The notes: generated by a model not told the origin, from the letters alone. Shown: positions 1 to 11,015, numbered from the stretch's first letter. The stretch is 64,000 bases of DNA from Escherichia coli (GCF_016026235.1 NZ_CP065613.1); one strand, 5' to 3'. Translations and numbers: made by a program.

Positions 1-240
1 GACGTAGCCCGGTACAAGAGTAACCCACGTTAGCGCTTGGCGACGGCGGAACAAAGCTGATTCGCGACGTAAGAAAGTGGCAGGCTCATATGACGGACCT
101 CTGTAATGCGGTATCCAACCCGCGAATATCAGCGTGATTCACCGTCGGATTTACTGCTACGTCGCCCTCAGGGAATTAAACCTAAAAAGAAAATCGTCAA
201 AATTAGAGATTCCGGTTTGACACGGAAAGTCATATCAGCG
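1..240 (+). mobile_element. Right-end 240 bp of an IS110-family (IS1111-subgroup-like) insertion sequence; the window opens inside the element
   Basis: Base-for-base identical to 21033..21272, the 3' non-coding end of the IS whose transposase is 19878..21003. It includes the 13-bp subterminal repeat CACGGAAAGTCAT at 221..233. Identity stops at 240/241, where speC coding sequence begins. Confidence 0.8.
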
Positions 241-2114
241 CTATGCGCATCCTGGGGGTTCATCACCACTGACGGGAAACTCTGCTGGCGGAACATCGCT
301 TTTTGTAGGTCTTTGACGTCGAAACTGACATACAGATCGTGCATCTCCTGACACAACTGGCGCAGGGTGTAGTCGCGATAGCGCACCGGATATTTGTTAT
401 AAACGCTCGGCAACACCTCAGCCAGCGGCGAGTCATCCTCAATATGCTGTTCAAATTGCGCCAGCATCGCCACCAGTTGTGCCAGCTTCTCGTGGCTTTC
501 CGCCGGAGTTAATAAGAACAGAATGGAGTTGAGATCGCACTTCTCCGGCACAATGCCGTTCTCACGCAGATAGTGCGCCAGAATCGTCGCCGGAACGCCA
601 AAGTCGCTATATTCGCCGGTTTCGGCATCGATACCTGGTGTAGTGAGTAACAGCTTGCACGGATCAACAAAATACTGATCCGCGGCATATCCTTCAAAGC
701 CGTGCCACTTCGCCCCCGGCTCAAAACTGAAAAAACGGCGGTCGCTGGCTAACACTGATGTCGGATAATCCTGCCACAATTTGCCATCAACAACGGGCGG
801 GATAAACGGGCGGAACAGCTTACAGCGCGCAAGAATAGCCTTGCGCGACTCAATACCCAACTCAACGCACTCAGCCCACAGCCGACGCCCACTCTCCCCT
901 TCATGAATTTTGGCGTTAACATCCAGTGCAGCAAACAGCGGATAGAAAGGGCTGGTAGAAGCATGGAGCATAAAGGCGTTATTCAATCGCTTATGCGGGC
1001 AAAAACGCGCCTGTCCGCGGATATGGTTATCTTTTTTATGGATCTGCGACGTCTGTGAGAATCCCGCCTGCTGTTTGTGCACCGACTGAGTCACAAAGAT
1101 CCCTGGATCGTTTTCGTTAAGTTCTAACAGCAGCGGCGAGCTATCCGCCATCATCGGGATAAACTGTTCGTAACCGACCCACGCGGAATCAAACAGAATG
1201 TAATCACACAGGTGCCCAATGGTATCGATCACCTGACGGGCGTTATAGACAGTTCCGTCATAGGTTCCCAGCTGAATAATCGCCAGGCGAAACGGGCGCG
1301 GCAGCTCGGCTTTTTCTGGCGCAACGTCGCGAATTTGCTGGCGCAGATACTCTTCATTAAAACAGTGCGCATCAATACCGCCAATGAAACCAAACGGGTT
1401 GCGTGAAGCTTCCAGATAGACCGGCGTCGCCCCCGCCTGAATCAGCGCGCCGTGATGATTCGACTTATGGTTGTTACGGTCGAAGAGCACCAGATCGCCA
1501 CGCGTTAACAGCGCATTCGTCACCACTTTATTCGCTGCCGATGTGCCGTTCAGCACAAAATAGGTTTTATCGGCATGAAAGACTTTGGCTGCGAATTTCT
1601 GCGCATCTTTCGCCGATCCTTCATGAATAAGCAGATCGCCCAATTTTACGTCAGCGTTACACATATCGGCGCGAAAGACGTTCTCACCAAAGAAATCGTA
1701 AAAATGGCGTCCGGCAGGATGCTTTTTAAAAAACGCACCATGTTGATGTCCAGGGCAAGCAAAGGTGCTGTTGCCCATCTCAACGTACTGCGTCAGCGTG
1801 TCATAAAACGGTGGCAGCAAATTCTCTTCATACTGACAGGCTGCGGATTCCAGCTCCAGCCACTGCTGCTCGTTGCCGTTGATTACCGCCGTAACGCCCG
1901 CAGGTAATTCAACAGCATGTTCGGAATACAAAAACACCGGTAGATGAAAACCGGTGCGCTTAAGCAACGCAAGAATGCCACTGCGACTATCCGCAGCGGT
2001 AATGACGACTGCCGCGACGTCCGTAAAATCAGTATCTCCCAACGCCACCACGCGACGATGAGAAGAAAGTCGGGATACCAGTTCACTACTGGCGGCAATA
2101 TTCATTGATTTCAT
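241..2114 (-). pseudogene. speC: Ornithine decarboxylase SpeC lacking roughly its last 74 codons, fused to 22 IS-derived codons (stop at 168)
   Basis: ORF 168..2174 contains MKSMNIAASSELVSRLSSHRRVVALGD... (ATG at 2114). It is colinear with E. coli SpeC up to ...VVMNPQDAHSA. At nt 241/240 the reading frame runs into the IS end (tail DMTFRVKPESLILTIFFLGLIP). Confidence 0.9.
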
Positions 2115-2511
2115 AAGCGCAAACCCGTTTCGGGGAAGTAAGAATACCGGACAAGGTGGAAAACCCTGCCCCATGAGATATGGGTCAAACTGGTCACCAG
2201 CTCCGACCGCCAGACATCAGTAAAAGCAGAAACGCTCTGATTTTACTGTTGTCCTGCAGTGAGCGTGCGTTAACTTCACCGCATGAGCAGTAACATAGAA
2301 AGGGAAACGTTTCGCGCGAAACGGCGATAAGCGAGAGAATGTAAGGAGATGGCGTGCATCGGGCAAACTCCGTACAGAGAGGAGAAAATTCGCGCAATCA
2401 TGGCACCTTTCGCTAAGACGTGCAAGCCAGGACTTTGCGACCAGACAAGCCATCAACAAGGCAAAAAGTTCATAATAAGAAAATCAAACAATACAGTTAA
2501 CAGGAACTCTT

Positions 2512-3219
2512 GTGGTCATCGGCCCTTTTATCAACGCAAGTGCAATATTACTGGGTGGCATGCTCGGTGCACTGCTTAGCCAACGCTTACCGGAACGTAT
2601 CCGCGTCTCCATGACATCAATTTTTGGTCTGGCATCGCTGGGGATTGGTATTTTACTGGTGGTGAAATGCGCCAACCTTCCAGCGATGGTTTTAGCAACC
2701 TTACTCGGAGCATTAATCGGCGAAATTTGTCTGCTGGAGAAAGGCGTCAATACAGCGGTCGCCAAAGCACAAAATCTGTTTCGTCACTCACGTAAGAAGC
2801 CAGCGCATGAATCTTTTATTCAGAATTATGTCGCGATTATTGTCCTGTTTTGCGCCAGCGGCACCGGGATCTTCGGGGCGATGAACGAAGGGATGACCGG
2901 CGATCCGAGTATTTTAATCGCCAAGTCATTTCTTGATTTCTTTACGGCGATGATCTTCGCCTGCTCGCTGGGTATTGCGGTATCGGTGATTAGTATCCCA
3001 TTACTGATCATCCAGTTAACGCTGGCGTGGGCTGCCGCGCTGATATTACCGCTGACCACACCGTCGATGATGGCAGACTTCAGCGCCGTAGGCGGTTTAT
3101 TGCTGCTGGCAACCGGATTACGCATCTGTGGCATTAAAATGTTCCCGGTGGTCAACATGCTTCCAGCACTCCTTCTGGCAATGCCGCTTTCCGCCGCCTG
3201 GACCGCCTGGTTTGCCTGA
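2512..3219 (+). CDS. yqgA: YqgA, DUF554 polytopic inner-membrane protein
   Basis: 235-aa hydrophobic ORF MVIGPFINASAILLGGMLGALLSQRLPERI... with a GTG start. It sits in the canonical position between speC and pheV. Confidence 0.9.
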   Translation: MVIGPFINASAILLGGMLGALLSQRLPERIRVSMTSIFGLASLGIGILLVVKCANLPAMVLATLLGALIGEICLLEKGVNTAVAKAQNLFRHSRKKPAHESFIQNYVAIIVLFCASGTGIFGAMNEGMTGDPSILIAKSFLDFFTAMIFACSLGIAVSVISIPLLIIQLTLAWAAALILPLTTPSMMADFSAVGGLLLLATGLRICGIKMFPVVNMLPALLLAMPLSAAWTAWFA

Positions 3220-3324
3220 CAATGCGTGCAATAGCGGCAAAGTGATGATAGATTGTGCAGTCTGCAGTAAATTGAAGAAATTTGATTGACGAGACGAGGC
3301 GAATCAGGTTTAATGCGCCCCGTT

Positions 3325-3400
3325 GCCCGGATAGCTCAGTCGGTAGAGCAGGGGATTGAAAATCCCCGTGTCCTTGGTTCGATTCCGAGTCCGGGCACCA
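3325..3400 (+). tRNA. pheV: tRNA-Phe (anticodon GAA)
   Basis: 76-nt GCCCGGATAGCTCAGTCGGTAGAGCAGGGGATTGAAAATCCCCGTGTCCTTGGTTCGATTCCGAGTCCGGGCACCA. The anticodon GAA is at 3358..3360 and the CCA end is encoded. Downstream of yqgA, as for pheV. Confidence 0.97.
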
Positions 3401-3412
3401 AATTCATATCAA

Positions 3413-3437
3413 CGGACCTCCACGGAGGTCCGTTTTT
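3413..3437 (+). terminator. Rho-independent terminator of pheV
   Basis: Stem CGGACCTC / GAGGTCCG, loop CACG, followed by TTTTT. Confidence 0.8.
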
Positions 3438-4560
3438 CGTTTCAGAACGCCACGATTTAAGCGTTCTGCCTACAAATCAATTCTACCGAACTCAACCAGA
3501 TTCCCCCCACATCAACCCCATTGTGTGGGTATAATTGCGGGCATACCCCAGTTCGACAGAATTTGTACCCTCTTTAACGCATTCAGAAGGCTGAACTATG
3601 GCACTGACTGACGCAAAAATCCGGGCTGCAAAGCCCACTGACAAGGCTTATAAACTCACTGACGGGGCTGGCATGTTCCTGCTGGTACATCCTAATGGCT
3701 CCCGTTACTGGCGTCTCCGTTATCGTATTCTGGGTAAGGAGAAGACTCTGGCACTTGGTGTGTATCCATAAGTTTCTCTCTCCGAAGCTCGTACAAAACG
3801 GGATGAGGCCCGAAAACTGATTTCGGAGGGGGTTGACCCTTGCGAACAGAAAAGAGCTAAAAAAGTAGTCCCTGATTTACAGCTCTCTTTTGAACATATT
3901 GCGCGACGCTGGCATGCCAGTAATAAACAATGGGCACAATCACACAGCGATAAAGTACTCAAAAGCCTCGAGACTCACGTTTTCCCCTTTATCGGCAACC
4001 GGGATATCACAACACTCAATACCCCGGATCTGCTTATCCCTGTTCGTGCTGCAGAAGCTAAACAAATTTATGAAATCGCCAGTCGTCTGCAGCAAAGAAT
4101 ATCTGCCGTAATGCGTTATGCCGTACAGTCTGGCATCATCAGATATAATCCTGCTCTGGATATGGCTGGCGCATTGACTACGGTAAAACGCCAGCATCGC
4201 CCCGCTCTTGATCTTTCTCGCCTGCCTGAACTTTTGTCGCGTATTGGCAGTTACAAAGGGCAACCTGTCACCCAGCTTGCCGTTATGCTGAATTTACTGG
4301 TTTTTATTCGTTCCAGTGAACTCAGATACGCCCGCTGGTCTGAAATTGATATTGACAATGCCATGTGGACTATTCCAGCCGAACGCGAACCCCTGCCAGG
4401 CGTAAAATTCTCACACCGGGGCTCCAAGATGCGAACACCACATCTTGTGCCACTCAGCAAACAGGCTGTAGCCATACTGACAGAACTACAGACATGGGCT
4501 GGTGAAAATGGTCTGATCTTTACGGGAGCACATGACCCGCGTAAACCAATCAGTGAAAAT

Positions 4561-6002
4561 GTAATGAACGCATCCCACACAATTAAACACAGAGCAGTAT
4601 GATGGTTAAAAGGGTGAAACTGGCAGGTGTGGAGCCTCGCAGATTTCCGGCATCATAGTGCCCAATACGGGATGCATAAAGCTCCCTCAGACTGGAGACT
4701 CCACAAATGAAATATACACCGGTTGGCGTTGATATCGCAAAACATGTCATTCAGATTCACTTCATCAATGAGCACACAGGTGAAGTGGTTGATAAACAGT
4801 TGCGTAGACAGGATTTTCTGACGTTCTTCGGCAACCGTGAGCCATGCCTGATTGGTATGGAGGCCTGTGGAGGTTCTCAGCACTGGGCACGGGAACTGAC
4901 AAAACTTGGTCATAAAGTCCGGTTGTTGCAGGCCCGCTTCGTTAAGGCATTCATCATGGGCAATAAGAATGATGTGATGGATGCCCGGGCTATCTGGATG
5001 GCGGTTCAGCAGCCGGGTAAAGAAATCGCCGTAAAAACAGAAGAACAGCAGTCGGTACTGGTTCTGCACCGTACCCGCATGCAACTGGTGAAGTTCCGGA
5101 CCGCACAAATTAATGCCCTGCACGGGACGTTACTGGAGTTTGGTGAAACCATCCACAAAGGCCGGGCAGCGATGGAGCGGGAGTTCCCCGAAGCACTGGA
5201 ACGGATGAAAGAGAGACTGCCACCGTATCTCATTATGGTTCTGGAAAACCAGTACAACCGACTGAATGAGCTGGACTCACTGATAGAGGATATTGAAAAA
5301 CAGCTTACCAGCGTGGCGAGGCAGAATGAAACCTGTAAGCGGTTGCTGGATATTCCTGGCGTTGGACCACTTATTGCGACGGCAGCGGTGGCCACCATGG
5401 GGAAGCATCAGCGTTTAAATCGGGGCGAGAGTTCGCCGCATATGTTGGTCTGGTTCCAAAACAAACTGGCTCCGGAGGGAAAGTACGTCTGCTGGGGATA
5501 AGCAAACGTGGTGACACTTATCTCAGGACATTATTTATCCACGGTGCAAGAGCGGTGGCATTAGTAGCTAAAGAGCCTGGCCCGTGGATAACCGAACTGA
5601 AAAAACGTCGTCCAGCCAGTGTAGCAATCGTCGCCATGGCAAACAAGCTGGCACGAACAGTATGGGCGATAACCGCCCATGACCGTAAGTATGACAGGAA
5701 CCACGTCAGTATCAGACCATATTAATCGCTGATACCATTAAACAATGAACTCTTAACAAAAGGGTGAATGCTGAAAGGTTGCTATGGCGGCCAGAGTGAT
5801 GACAAAGACAGGTAAGACCGTGACTCACTAAACCTGAACAGTATTTTGGGCTTGAAGTCCGCCGTGAAAATAAGGGGTGAGTCGGCGAATTACATAGGGG
5901 CTCGCAGCGTTACGGCTGCAATAAAGCCGGATATAAAGCTGCAACCTACCCGTCATGTCAAAACAATGGATGCCTTGCAAACAGGATGCGTTCATATAAA
6001 AT
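4561..6002 (+). mobile_element. IS110-family element (IS1111-subgroup-like) inserted in the integrase gene
   Basis: It precisely splits the integrase frame. 12-bp subterminal inverted repeats ATGAACGCATCC lie at 4564..4575 and 5984..5995, 3 nt and 7 nt from the ends. The 3' non-coding region is long (5726..6002). Confidence 0.8.
4707..5725 (+). pseudogene. IS110-family (DEDD) transposase with one frameshift
   Basis: MKYTPVGVDIAKHVIQIHFINEHTGEVV...DIPGVGPLIATAAVATMG, then a frame change at the G-run 5399..5402. It continues EASAFKSGREFAAYVGLVPKQTGSGGKVRLLGISKRGDTYLRTLFIHGARAV...DRNHVSIRPY. Confidence 0.8.
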
Positions 6003-6677
6003 ACTGTAAATAAAGCCCTGAGGGTGATGGGGTATGACACAACCCAGGATGTCTGTGGCCATGGATTCCGGGCGATGGCGTGCAGTGCATTGATTGAATC
6101 AGGTTTGTGGTCCCGCGATGCTGTGGAACGTCAGATGAGCCATCAGGAGCGTAATGGTGTACGTGCTGCGTATATCCATAAAGCAGAACATCTGGAAGAA
6201 CGTCGACTGATGCTACAGTGGTGGGCAGATTTTCTGGATGCGAACAGAGATAAGGGTATCAGCCCGTTTGAATATGCAAAGATTAACAATCCATTAAAAT
6301 AGTAAGCAGTCCGGGCTGATTGCCCGGACTGCTTTAACTGATTATTTTTCTTTGTAAATGATGACGAAGATTGATGTTCTGGCAAGTTACTCCGGCTTCC
6401 ATTAAAGTCCCTTCGTCATGTTCTTCAGGCTATTTATGACTGTGATTAGCACCAGGAATATCTGGTTTCCATGAGAGCAGGTAATAACCCCCGGTGTTTT
6501 CGGCTGTTCTGGTATCCTTGTCCAACACAGGCAGTCATTATAAACGGTAAAAAATGTATTCACTGTTATGAAATCAATAGTCCTGACGTACTGTTGAATG
6601 TGCTTGTGTTCTGAACCTTGTACAACCAGTACATTTGATACCGAATTATAAACAAAACATTGCATCCAACTTTTTCA

Positions 6678-6700
6678 ATATGGACAATAGTTGTCCATAT
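6678..6700. promoter_or_regulatory. Perfect 10-bp inverted repeat (ATATGGACAA-TAG-TTGTCCATAT), candidate operator upstream of the helicase-PLD gene
   Basis: Read directly from the sequence. It lies 54 bp upstream of ATG 6754 in an AT-rich leader, and a TATATT-like -10 follows at 6709..6714. Confidence 0.3.
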
Positions 6701-6753
6701 GGTGGTTTTATATTCGATAAATCAATGGATTTCATTGAGTCACAGGACTGGTA

Positions 6754-9700
6754 ATGGATGAAAATGCTTTAGGGTTTACCTCATACTGGCGCAACTCGCT
6801 TGCGGATGCTGAGTCAGGAAAGGGCAGTTTTGAACGGAAAGACGCCAAAAATTTCACTCACTGGCATGGGATAGCGGCGGGACGTCTTGACGAAGCGATT
6901 GTCAGTAAATTTTTTAAGGGAGAAAAAGACGATGTCGAAACGGTCGATGTCATCTTGCGCCCAAAAGTTTATTTCCGGTTACTGCAGCATGGTAAGGACC
7001 GTTCTGCAGGTGCGCCTGATATTGTTACCCCGATAGTGACGCCAGCCTTGCTAAGCCGTGAGGGTTTTTTATATCCGACGCCAGCGACCTCCATTCCCAG
7101 AGACCTGCTTGAACCTTTGCCAAAAGGAGCATTTTCGATTGGTGAGATTGGGCAGTATGACAAATACAAGACGACCCATACCACGTTCTCTATCAACTTT
7201 GATGACAGCGTTGATAAGACTGCCGAAACGGATGAAGAACGGGAAGCACGATATGCCGCCTTGCAGCAGGAGTGGCGTCAATATCTGTATGACTCAGAGA
7301 GGCTACTGAAGAGCGTTGCCGGCGACTGGATTGAAAAACCTGAGCAATATGAACTCGCTGAGCACGGTTATATTGTTAAAACGGCTCAATCTGGCGGTGC
7401 CAGTTCCCATATCCTTTCTCTTTATGATCACCTGCTTGTTTGCAATAAGGATGTGCCGCTCTTCAATCGCTTCGCCTCGCGAGAGGTTCATGCTGCAGAG
7501 TCTTTGCTGGCCCCAGGAGCAAAATTCAGCGACAGGCTTGGACACTCCGGAGATAAGTTTCCGCTGGCAAAGGCTCAGCGCGATGCCTTAAGCCATTTTC
7601 TGGATGCAAGACATGGCGATATCCTTGCTGTTAATGGCCCTCCGGGAACCGGAAAAACCACGCTGGTGCTTTCTATCATCGCCACGCAGTGGGCCAGAGC
7701 GGCTCTCGAAAAATCTGAGCCTCCGGTTATTATCGCGACTTCAACGAATAACCAGGCTGTAACGAACATTATTGAGGCATTCGGGAAAGACTTTTCGCAA
7801 GGTTCAGGTGCGATGGCCGGGCGATGGTTGCCAGAGCTGAAAAGCTTCGGTGCTTATTTTCCCTCAAGCAGTCGTAAAGCTGAGGCAGCCAAAAAATATC
7901 AAACTGAAGATTTCTTCAACCAGGTTGAGTCAAAAGAGTATGTAGAGGATGCACTGCTGTTTTATCTGGAAAAGGCTAAGGCAGCCTTTCCTGGAAAAGA
8001 GTGTTCATCCCCTGAAAAGGTCATTGAACTCTTGCATGGTCAGTTGGCAGCAAAATCTGAGCAACTGATAAGACTGAACGCAACATGGCAAACGTTAAGC
8101 CAGATTCGGGCTGCGCGTGAGCTTATTGCTAATGATATTGAGCAATATCTCGATAATTTAAATAAATTACTTTCCGGACAAGAACAAAAAGTCACTCTAC
8201 TGAAGAGTGCTAAAACGGAATGGAAAAAATATCGCGCCGGTGAATCACTGATCTATTCATTATTTTCCTGGCTCCCGGCGGTTCGCAATAAGCGACAGTA
8301 CCAAATACAGCTGTTTCTCGAAGATAAATTAGGCGCGCTGATTGCAGGAAATCAGTGGTCTGATCCTGAAACTATCGAACGTAATATTGATGGGCTGCTC
8401 AATTCCGCTGAGCGCGAGCAAACAACATACCGGCAGCAGATTGACTCCGCCCATGAAATCGTTCTTAAAGAACAGCAGGCGGTTCAGGAGTGGCAGAGGC
8501 TGGCATTTGATTTAGGGTATGAGGGCGACGAGGAACTGAGCTTCTCACAGGCCGATGAACTGGCTGATACGCAGATTCGCTTCCCTGCATTTTTACTGAC
8601 GACTCACTACTGGGAAGGTCGTTGGCTGATGGATATGGCCAGCATTGATGATCTGCAGGACGAGAAGAAGAAAAAAGGTGCTAAAGGGGTAACCGCCCGT
8701 TGGCAACGTCGAATGAAACTCACGCCATGTGTGGTGATGACATGCTATATGCTGCCCGGTAATATGCAGATAAGTGAGCACAAAGGACAACGTAAATTCG
8801 AGAAAAGTTATTTGTATGATTTTGCCGATTTACTCATTGTCGATGAAGCTGGGCAGGTGCTTCCTGAAGTGGCTGCTGCCTCGTTTGCATTAGCTAAGAA
8901 GGCATTAGTGATTGGCGATACGGAGCAGATCCCGCCAATATGGAGTATTGCTCCTGCGATTGATGTCGGTAACATGCTGGCGGAAAAAATTCTGTCTGGC
9001 AGTACGCAAGAAGAGATTACCGAGAAATATACGGCAATCGCAGACCTTGGTAAAAGTGCCGCATCTGGCAGCGTTATGAAAATAGCGCAGTTTGCTTCGC
9101 GCTATCAATATGATCCCGAACTGGCTCGTGGTATGTACCTATATGAACACCGCCGGTGCTACGACAATATTATTGGATACTGTAATACGCTCTGCTATCA
9201 CGGTAAGTTGTTGCCTAAAAGAGGGCGTGAAGAGAGCAATTTAATGCCCGCAATGGGGTATCTCCATATTGATGGTAAAGGAGAGCTGGCAAGTAGTGGA
9301 AGTCGATATAATTTGCTTGAGGCTGAAACGATAGCGGTCTGGTTGGCAGAGAACCAGCAAAATATTGAAGCGCATTACGGTAAATCGCTTCATGAAGTTG
9401 TCGGTATTGTGACGCCTTTTAGCGCTCAGGTATCCACTATCAAACAGGTGCTGGGCAAACAAATCAGTACAGGCACGAATGAAAAGTCGCTCACAGTGGG
9501 CACCGTGCACTCTCTTCAGGGAGCGGAAAGAGCGATTGTGATATTCTCGCCAGTCTATTCAAAACATGAAGACGGCGGGTTTATTGATAGCGATAACAGC
9601 ATGCTGAATGTTGCAGTCTCCCGTGCGAAGGACAGTTTTCTGGTCTTCGGCGATATGGACCTGTTTGAGGTCCAGCCAGCCTCATCGCCACGGGGATTAC

Positions 9701-10266
9701 TGGCAAAATACCTCTTTGAGTCAGAGAAGAATGCGCTCTCTTTTGATTATAAAGAGCGTAAGGATTTAAAAACCGCCGGGACCAAAATCTACACACTTCA
9801 TGGTGTGGAGCAACATGATAATTTCCTGAATCAGACATTTGAAAATACCAGTAAACACATCACGATAATTTCTCCATGGCTGACCTGGCAAAGGCTGGAG
9901 CAAACCGGTTTTCTTGATTCCATGATTGCGGCGTGTTCACGTGGAATTAACGTCACGATAGTCACTGACAGAAGCTACAACACTGAACATAATGATTTTG
10001 AGAAGCGAAAAGAGAAGCAGCAGAACTTTAAAGCGGCGCTGGAGAAACTGAATGCGCTGGGTATTGCTACAAAGCTGGTAAACCGTGTTCATAGCAAAAT
10101 TGTTATTGGTGATGATGGTTTGCTGTGTGTGGGATCGTTCAACTGGTTTAGTGCGACACGGGAAGCGCGATATGAACGATACGATACATCAATGGTTTAT
10201 TGCGGTGATAACCTGAAGGGTGAGATTGAGGCTATTTATAATAGTCTTGAGAGGCGTCAGGTTTAG
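6754..10266 (+). CDS. 1170-aa SF1 (Upf1/DNA2-like, AAA_11/AAA_12-type) helicase fused to a C-terminal PLD/Nuc-family nuclease domain; candidate defence protein
   Basis: Walker A GPPGTGKT at 7636..7659. Motif [11 protein letters not shown] at 8830..8856. [15 protein letters not shown] from 9505. [10 protein letters not shown] at 9604..9633. A single HKD motif [19 protein letters not shown] at 10090..10146. RBS AGGA lies 9 nt upstream of the ATG. Confidence 0.85.
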   Translation: MDENALGFTSYWRNSLADAESGKGSFERKDAKNFTHWHGIAAGRLDEAIVSKFFKGEKDDVETVDVILRPKVYFRLLQHGKDRSAGAPDIVTPIVTPALLSREGFLYPTPATSIPRDLLEPLPKGAFSIGEIGQYDKYKTTHTTFSINFDDSVDKTAETDEEREARYAALQQEWRQYLYDSERLLKSVAGDWIEKPEQYELAEHGYIVKTAQSGGASSHILSLYDHLLVCNKDVPLFNRFASREVHAAESLLAPGAKFSDRLGHSGDKFPLAKAQRDALSHFLDARHGDILAVNGPPGTGKTTLVLSIIATQWARAALEKSEPPVIIATSTNNQAVTNIIEAFGKDFSQGSGAMAGRWLPELKSFGAYFPSSSRKAEAAKKYQTEDFFNQVESKEYVEDALLFYLEKAKAAFPGKECSSPEKVIELLHGQLAAKSEQLIRLNATWQTLSQIRAARELIANDIEQYLDNLNKLLSGQEQKVTLLKSAKTEWKKYRAGESLIYSLFSWLPAVRNKRQYQIQLFLEDKLGALIAGNQWSDPETIERNIDGLLNSAEREQTTYRQQIDSAHEIVLKEQQAVQEWQRLAFDLGYEGDEELSFSQADELADTQIRFPAFLLTTHYWEGRWLMDMASIDDLQDEKKKKGAKGVTARWQRRMKLTPCVVMTCYMLPGNMQISEHKGQRKFEKSYLYDFADLLIVDEAGQVLPEVAAASFALAKKALVIGDTEQIPPIWSIAPAIDVGNMLAEKILSGSTQEEITEKYTAIADLGKSAASGSVMKIAQFASRYQYDPELARGMYLYEHRRCYDNIIGYCNTLCYHGKLLPKRGREESNLMPAMGYLHIDGKGELASSGSRYNLLEAETIAVWLAENQQNIEAHYGKSLHEVVGIVTPFSAQVSTIKQVLGKQISTGTNEKSLTVGTVHSLQGAERAIVIFSPVYSKHEDGGFIDSDNSMLNVAVSRAKDSFLVFGDMDLFEVQPASSPRGLLAKYLFESEKNALSFDYKERKDLKTAGTKIYTLHGVEQHDNFLNQTFENTSKHITIISPWLTWQRLEQTGFLDSMIAACSRGINVTIVTDRSYNTEHNDFEKRKEKQQNFKAALEKLNALGIATKLVNRVHSKIVIGDDGLLCVGSFNWFSATREARYERYDTSMVYCGDNLKGEIEAIYNSLERRQV

Positions 10267-10282
10267 AGCAGGAATGGTGAGT

Positions 10283-10319
10283 AGCCATCTTACCGATCGT
10301 TTTCGAGCGTAAGATGGCT
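10283..10319 (+). terminator. Hairpin after the helicase-PLD gene (11-bp stem, no U-tract)
   Basis: AGCCATCTTAC ... GTAAGATGGCT with a 15-nt loop, 17 nt after the stop codon. Confidence 0.3.
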
Positions 10320-10405
10320 GAATGGAATGGCTATTATTGCACAGTCCTTAATTATAACATTCATACCGACATGATTATCTTCTGTCCGGAAGAATCAGAG
10401 GCTCA

Positions 10406-10621
10406 GAACGCTGAAAAATGAGAGCCTGAGCCACTATCGTTTTAATAACCGGGATGAAGCCATCTCAGTAATACGGGAATACATTGAGATTTTCTACAAT
10501 CGTCAGCGTCGTCACTCTCGTCTGGGGAATATCTCCCCGGCAGCCTTCAGGGAAAAATATCATCAGATGGCTGCTTAAAAAAAGAACAAATGGTAGTGTC
10601 CGCTATTGCCAGTACACCTCA
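10406..10621 (+). mobile_element. Right-end fragment of the IS600-like IS3-family element
   Basis: Identical to about 40874..41089 (the end of orfB plus the terminal repeat ...GGTAGTGTCCGCTATTGCCAGTACACCTCA). Confidence 0.8.
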
Positions 10622-11012
10622 GACTGGTGCCAGGTGAATATTCCAGTGGAAACAGTATTCGTCCCAGAGGAATAACAAAAGTTGGAAACAGCGAACTGAG
10701 ACGTCTGCTTTACGAAGCCGCCTGGTCTTATCGTACACCTGCAAAAGTTGGAGCATGGCTTATATATTACCGACCGGACTCTGTAACACAATATTCCAAA
10801 GATATTGCATGGAAAGCTCAACAACGATTGTGTTCTCGTTACCGAACTCTGACAGCAAAAGGGAAAAAATCACAAGTAGCCATTACGGCGGTGGCTCGTG
10901 AGTTGACTGGATTTATGTGGGATATTGCACTTGCTGCCCAATCATCATTCAGTCAGCAGAAGCAAAATTAAACCCTGAAGCAGTCAGACACGGAATGAGT
11001 GATCCTCGAAAA
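10622..11012 (+). mobile_element. 3' remnant of a third, divergent IS110-family element (transposase C-terminal fragment 10622..10971)
   Basis: ...GITKVGNSELRRLLYEAAWSYRTPAKVG...VAITAVARELTGFMWDIALAA... resembles the C-terminus of the 19878..21003 transposase. It is cut at its 5' side by the IS600-like end. A GACACGGAA terminal motif lies only ~20 nt after the stop. Confidence 0.65.
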
Positions 11013-11015
11013 AGT

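Larger units (their letters stand above)
3598..6302 (+). pseudogene. P4-type tyrosine integrase of the pheV island, inactivated twice (coding parts 3598..4560 and 6003..6302)
   Basis: MALTDAKIRAAKPTDKAYKLTDGAGMFLLVHPNGSRYWRLRYR... with an in-frame TAA at 3769..3771. The frame continues to ...DPRKPISEN at 4560 and resumes at 6003 (TVNKALRVMGYDTTQDVCGHGFRAMACSAL...RAAYIHKAEHLEERR). The two parts sum to 420 codons, interrupted by a 1442-bp IS. Confidence 0.9.

Noticed and set aside
106-351. 81-aa plus-strand ORF spanning the IS/speC junction
   Set aside because: It crosses the 240/241 junction and is antisense to speC. It is an artefact of the insertion.
3378-3400. Search for a second copy of the pheV 3' end (attR direct repeat, ...TTCGATTCCGAGTCCGGGCACCA) to define the island's right boundary
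   Set aside because: I did not find one anywhere in 3.4..64 kb by eye. The island evidently continues beyond the window, so no boundary is claimed.
6402-6665. 87-aa minus-strand ORF divergent from the helicase-PLD gene (possible regulator)
   Set aside because: It has no Shine-Dalgarno sequence and no HTH or other motif. It lies in AT-rich leader sequence where such ORFs arise by chance. It is kept only as a remote possibility for the missing regulator.
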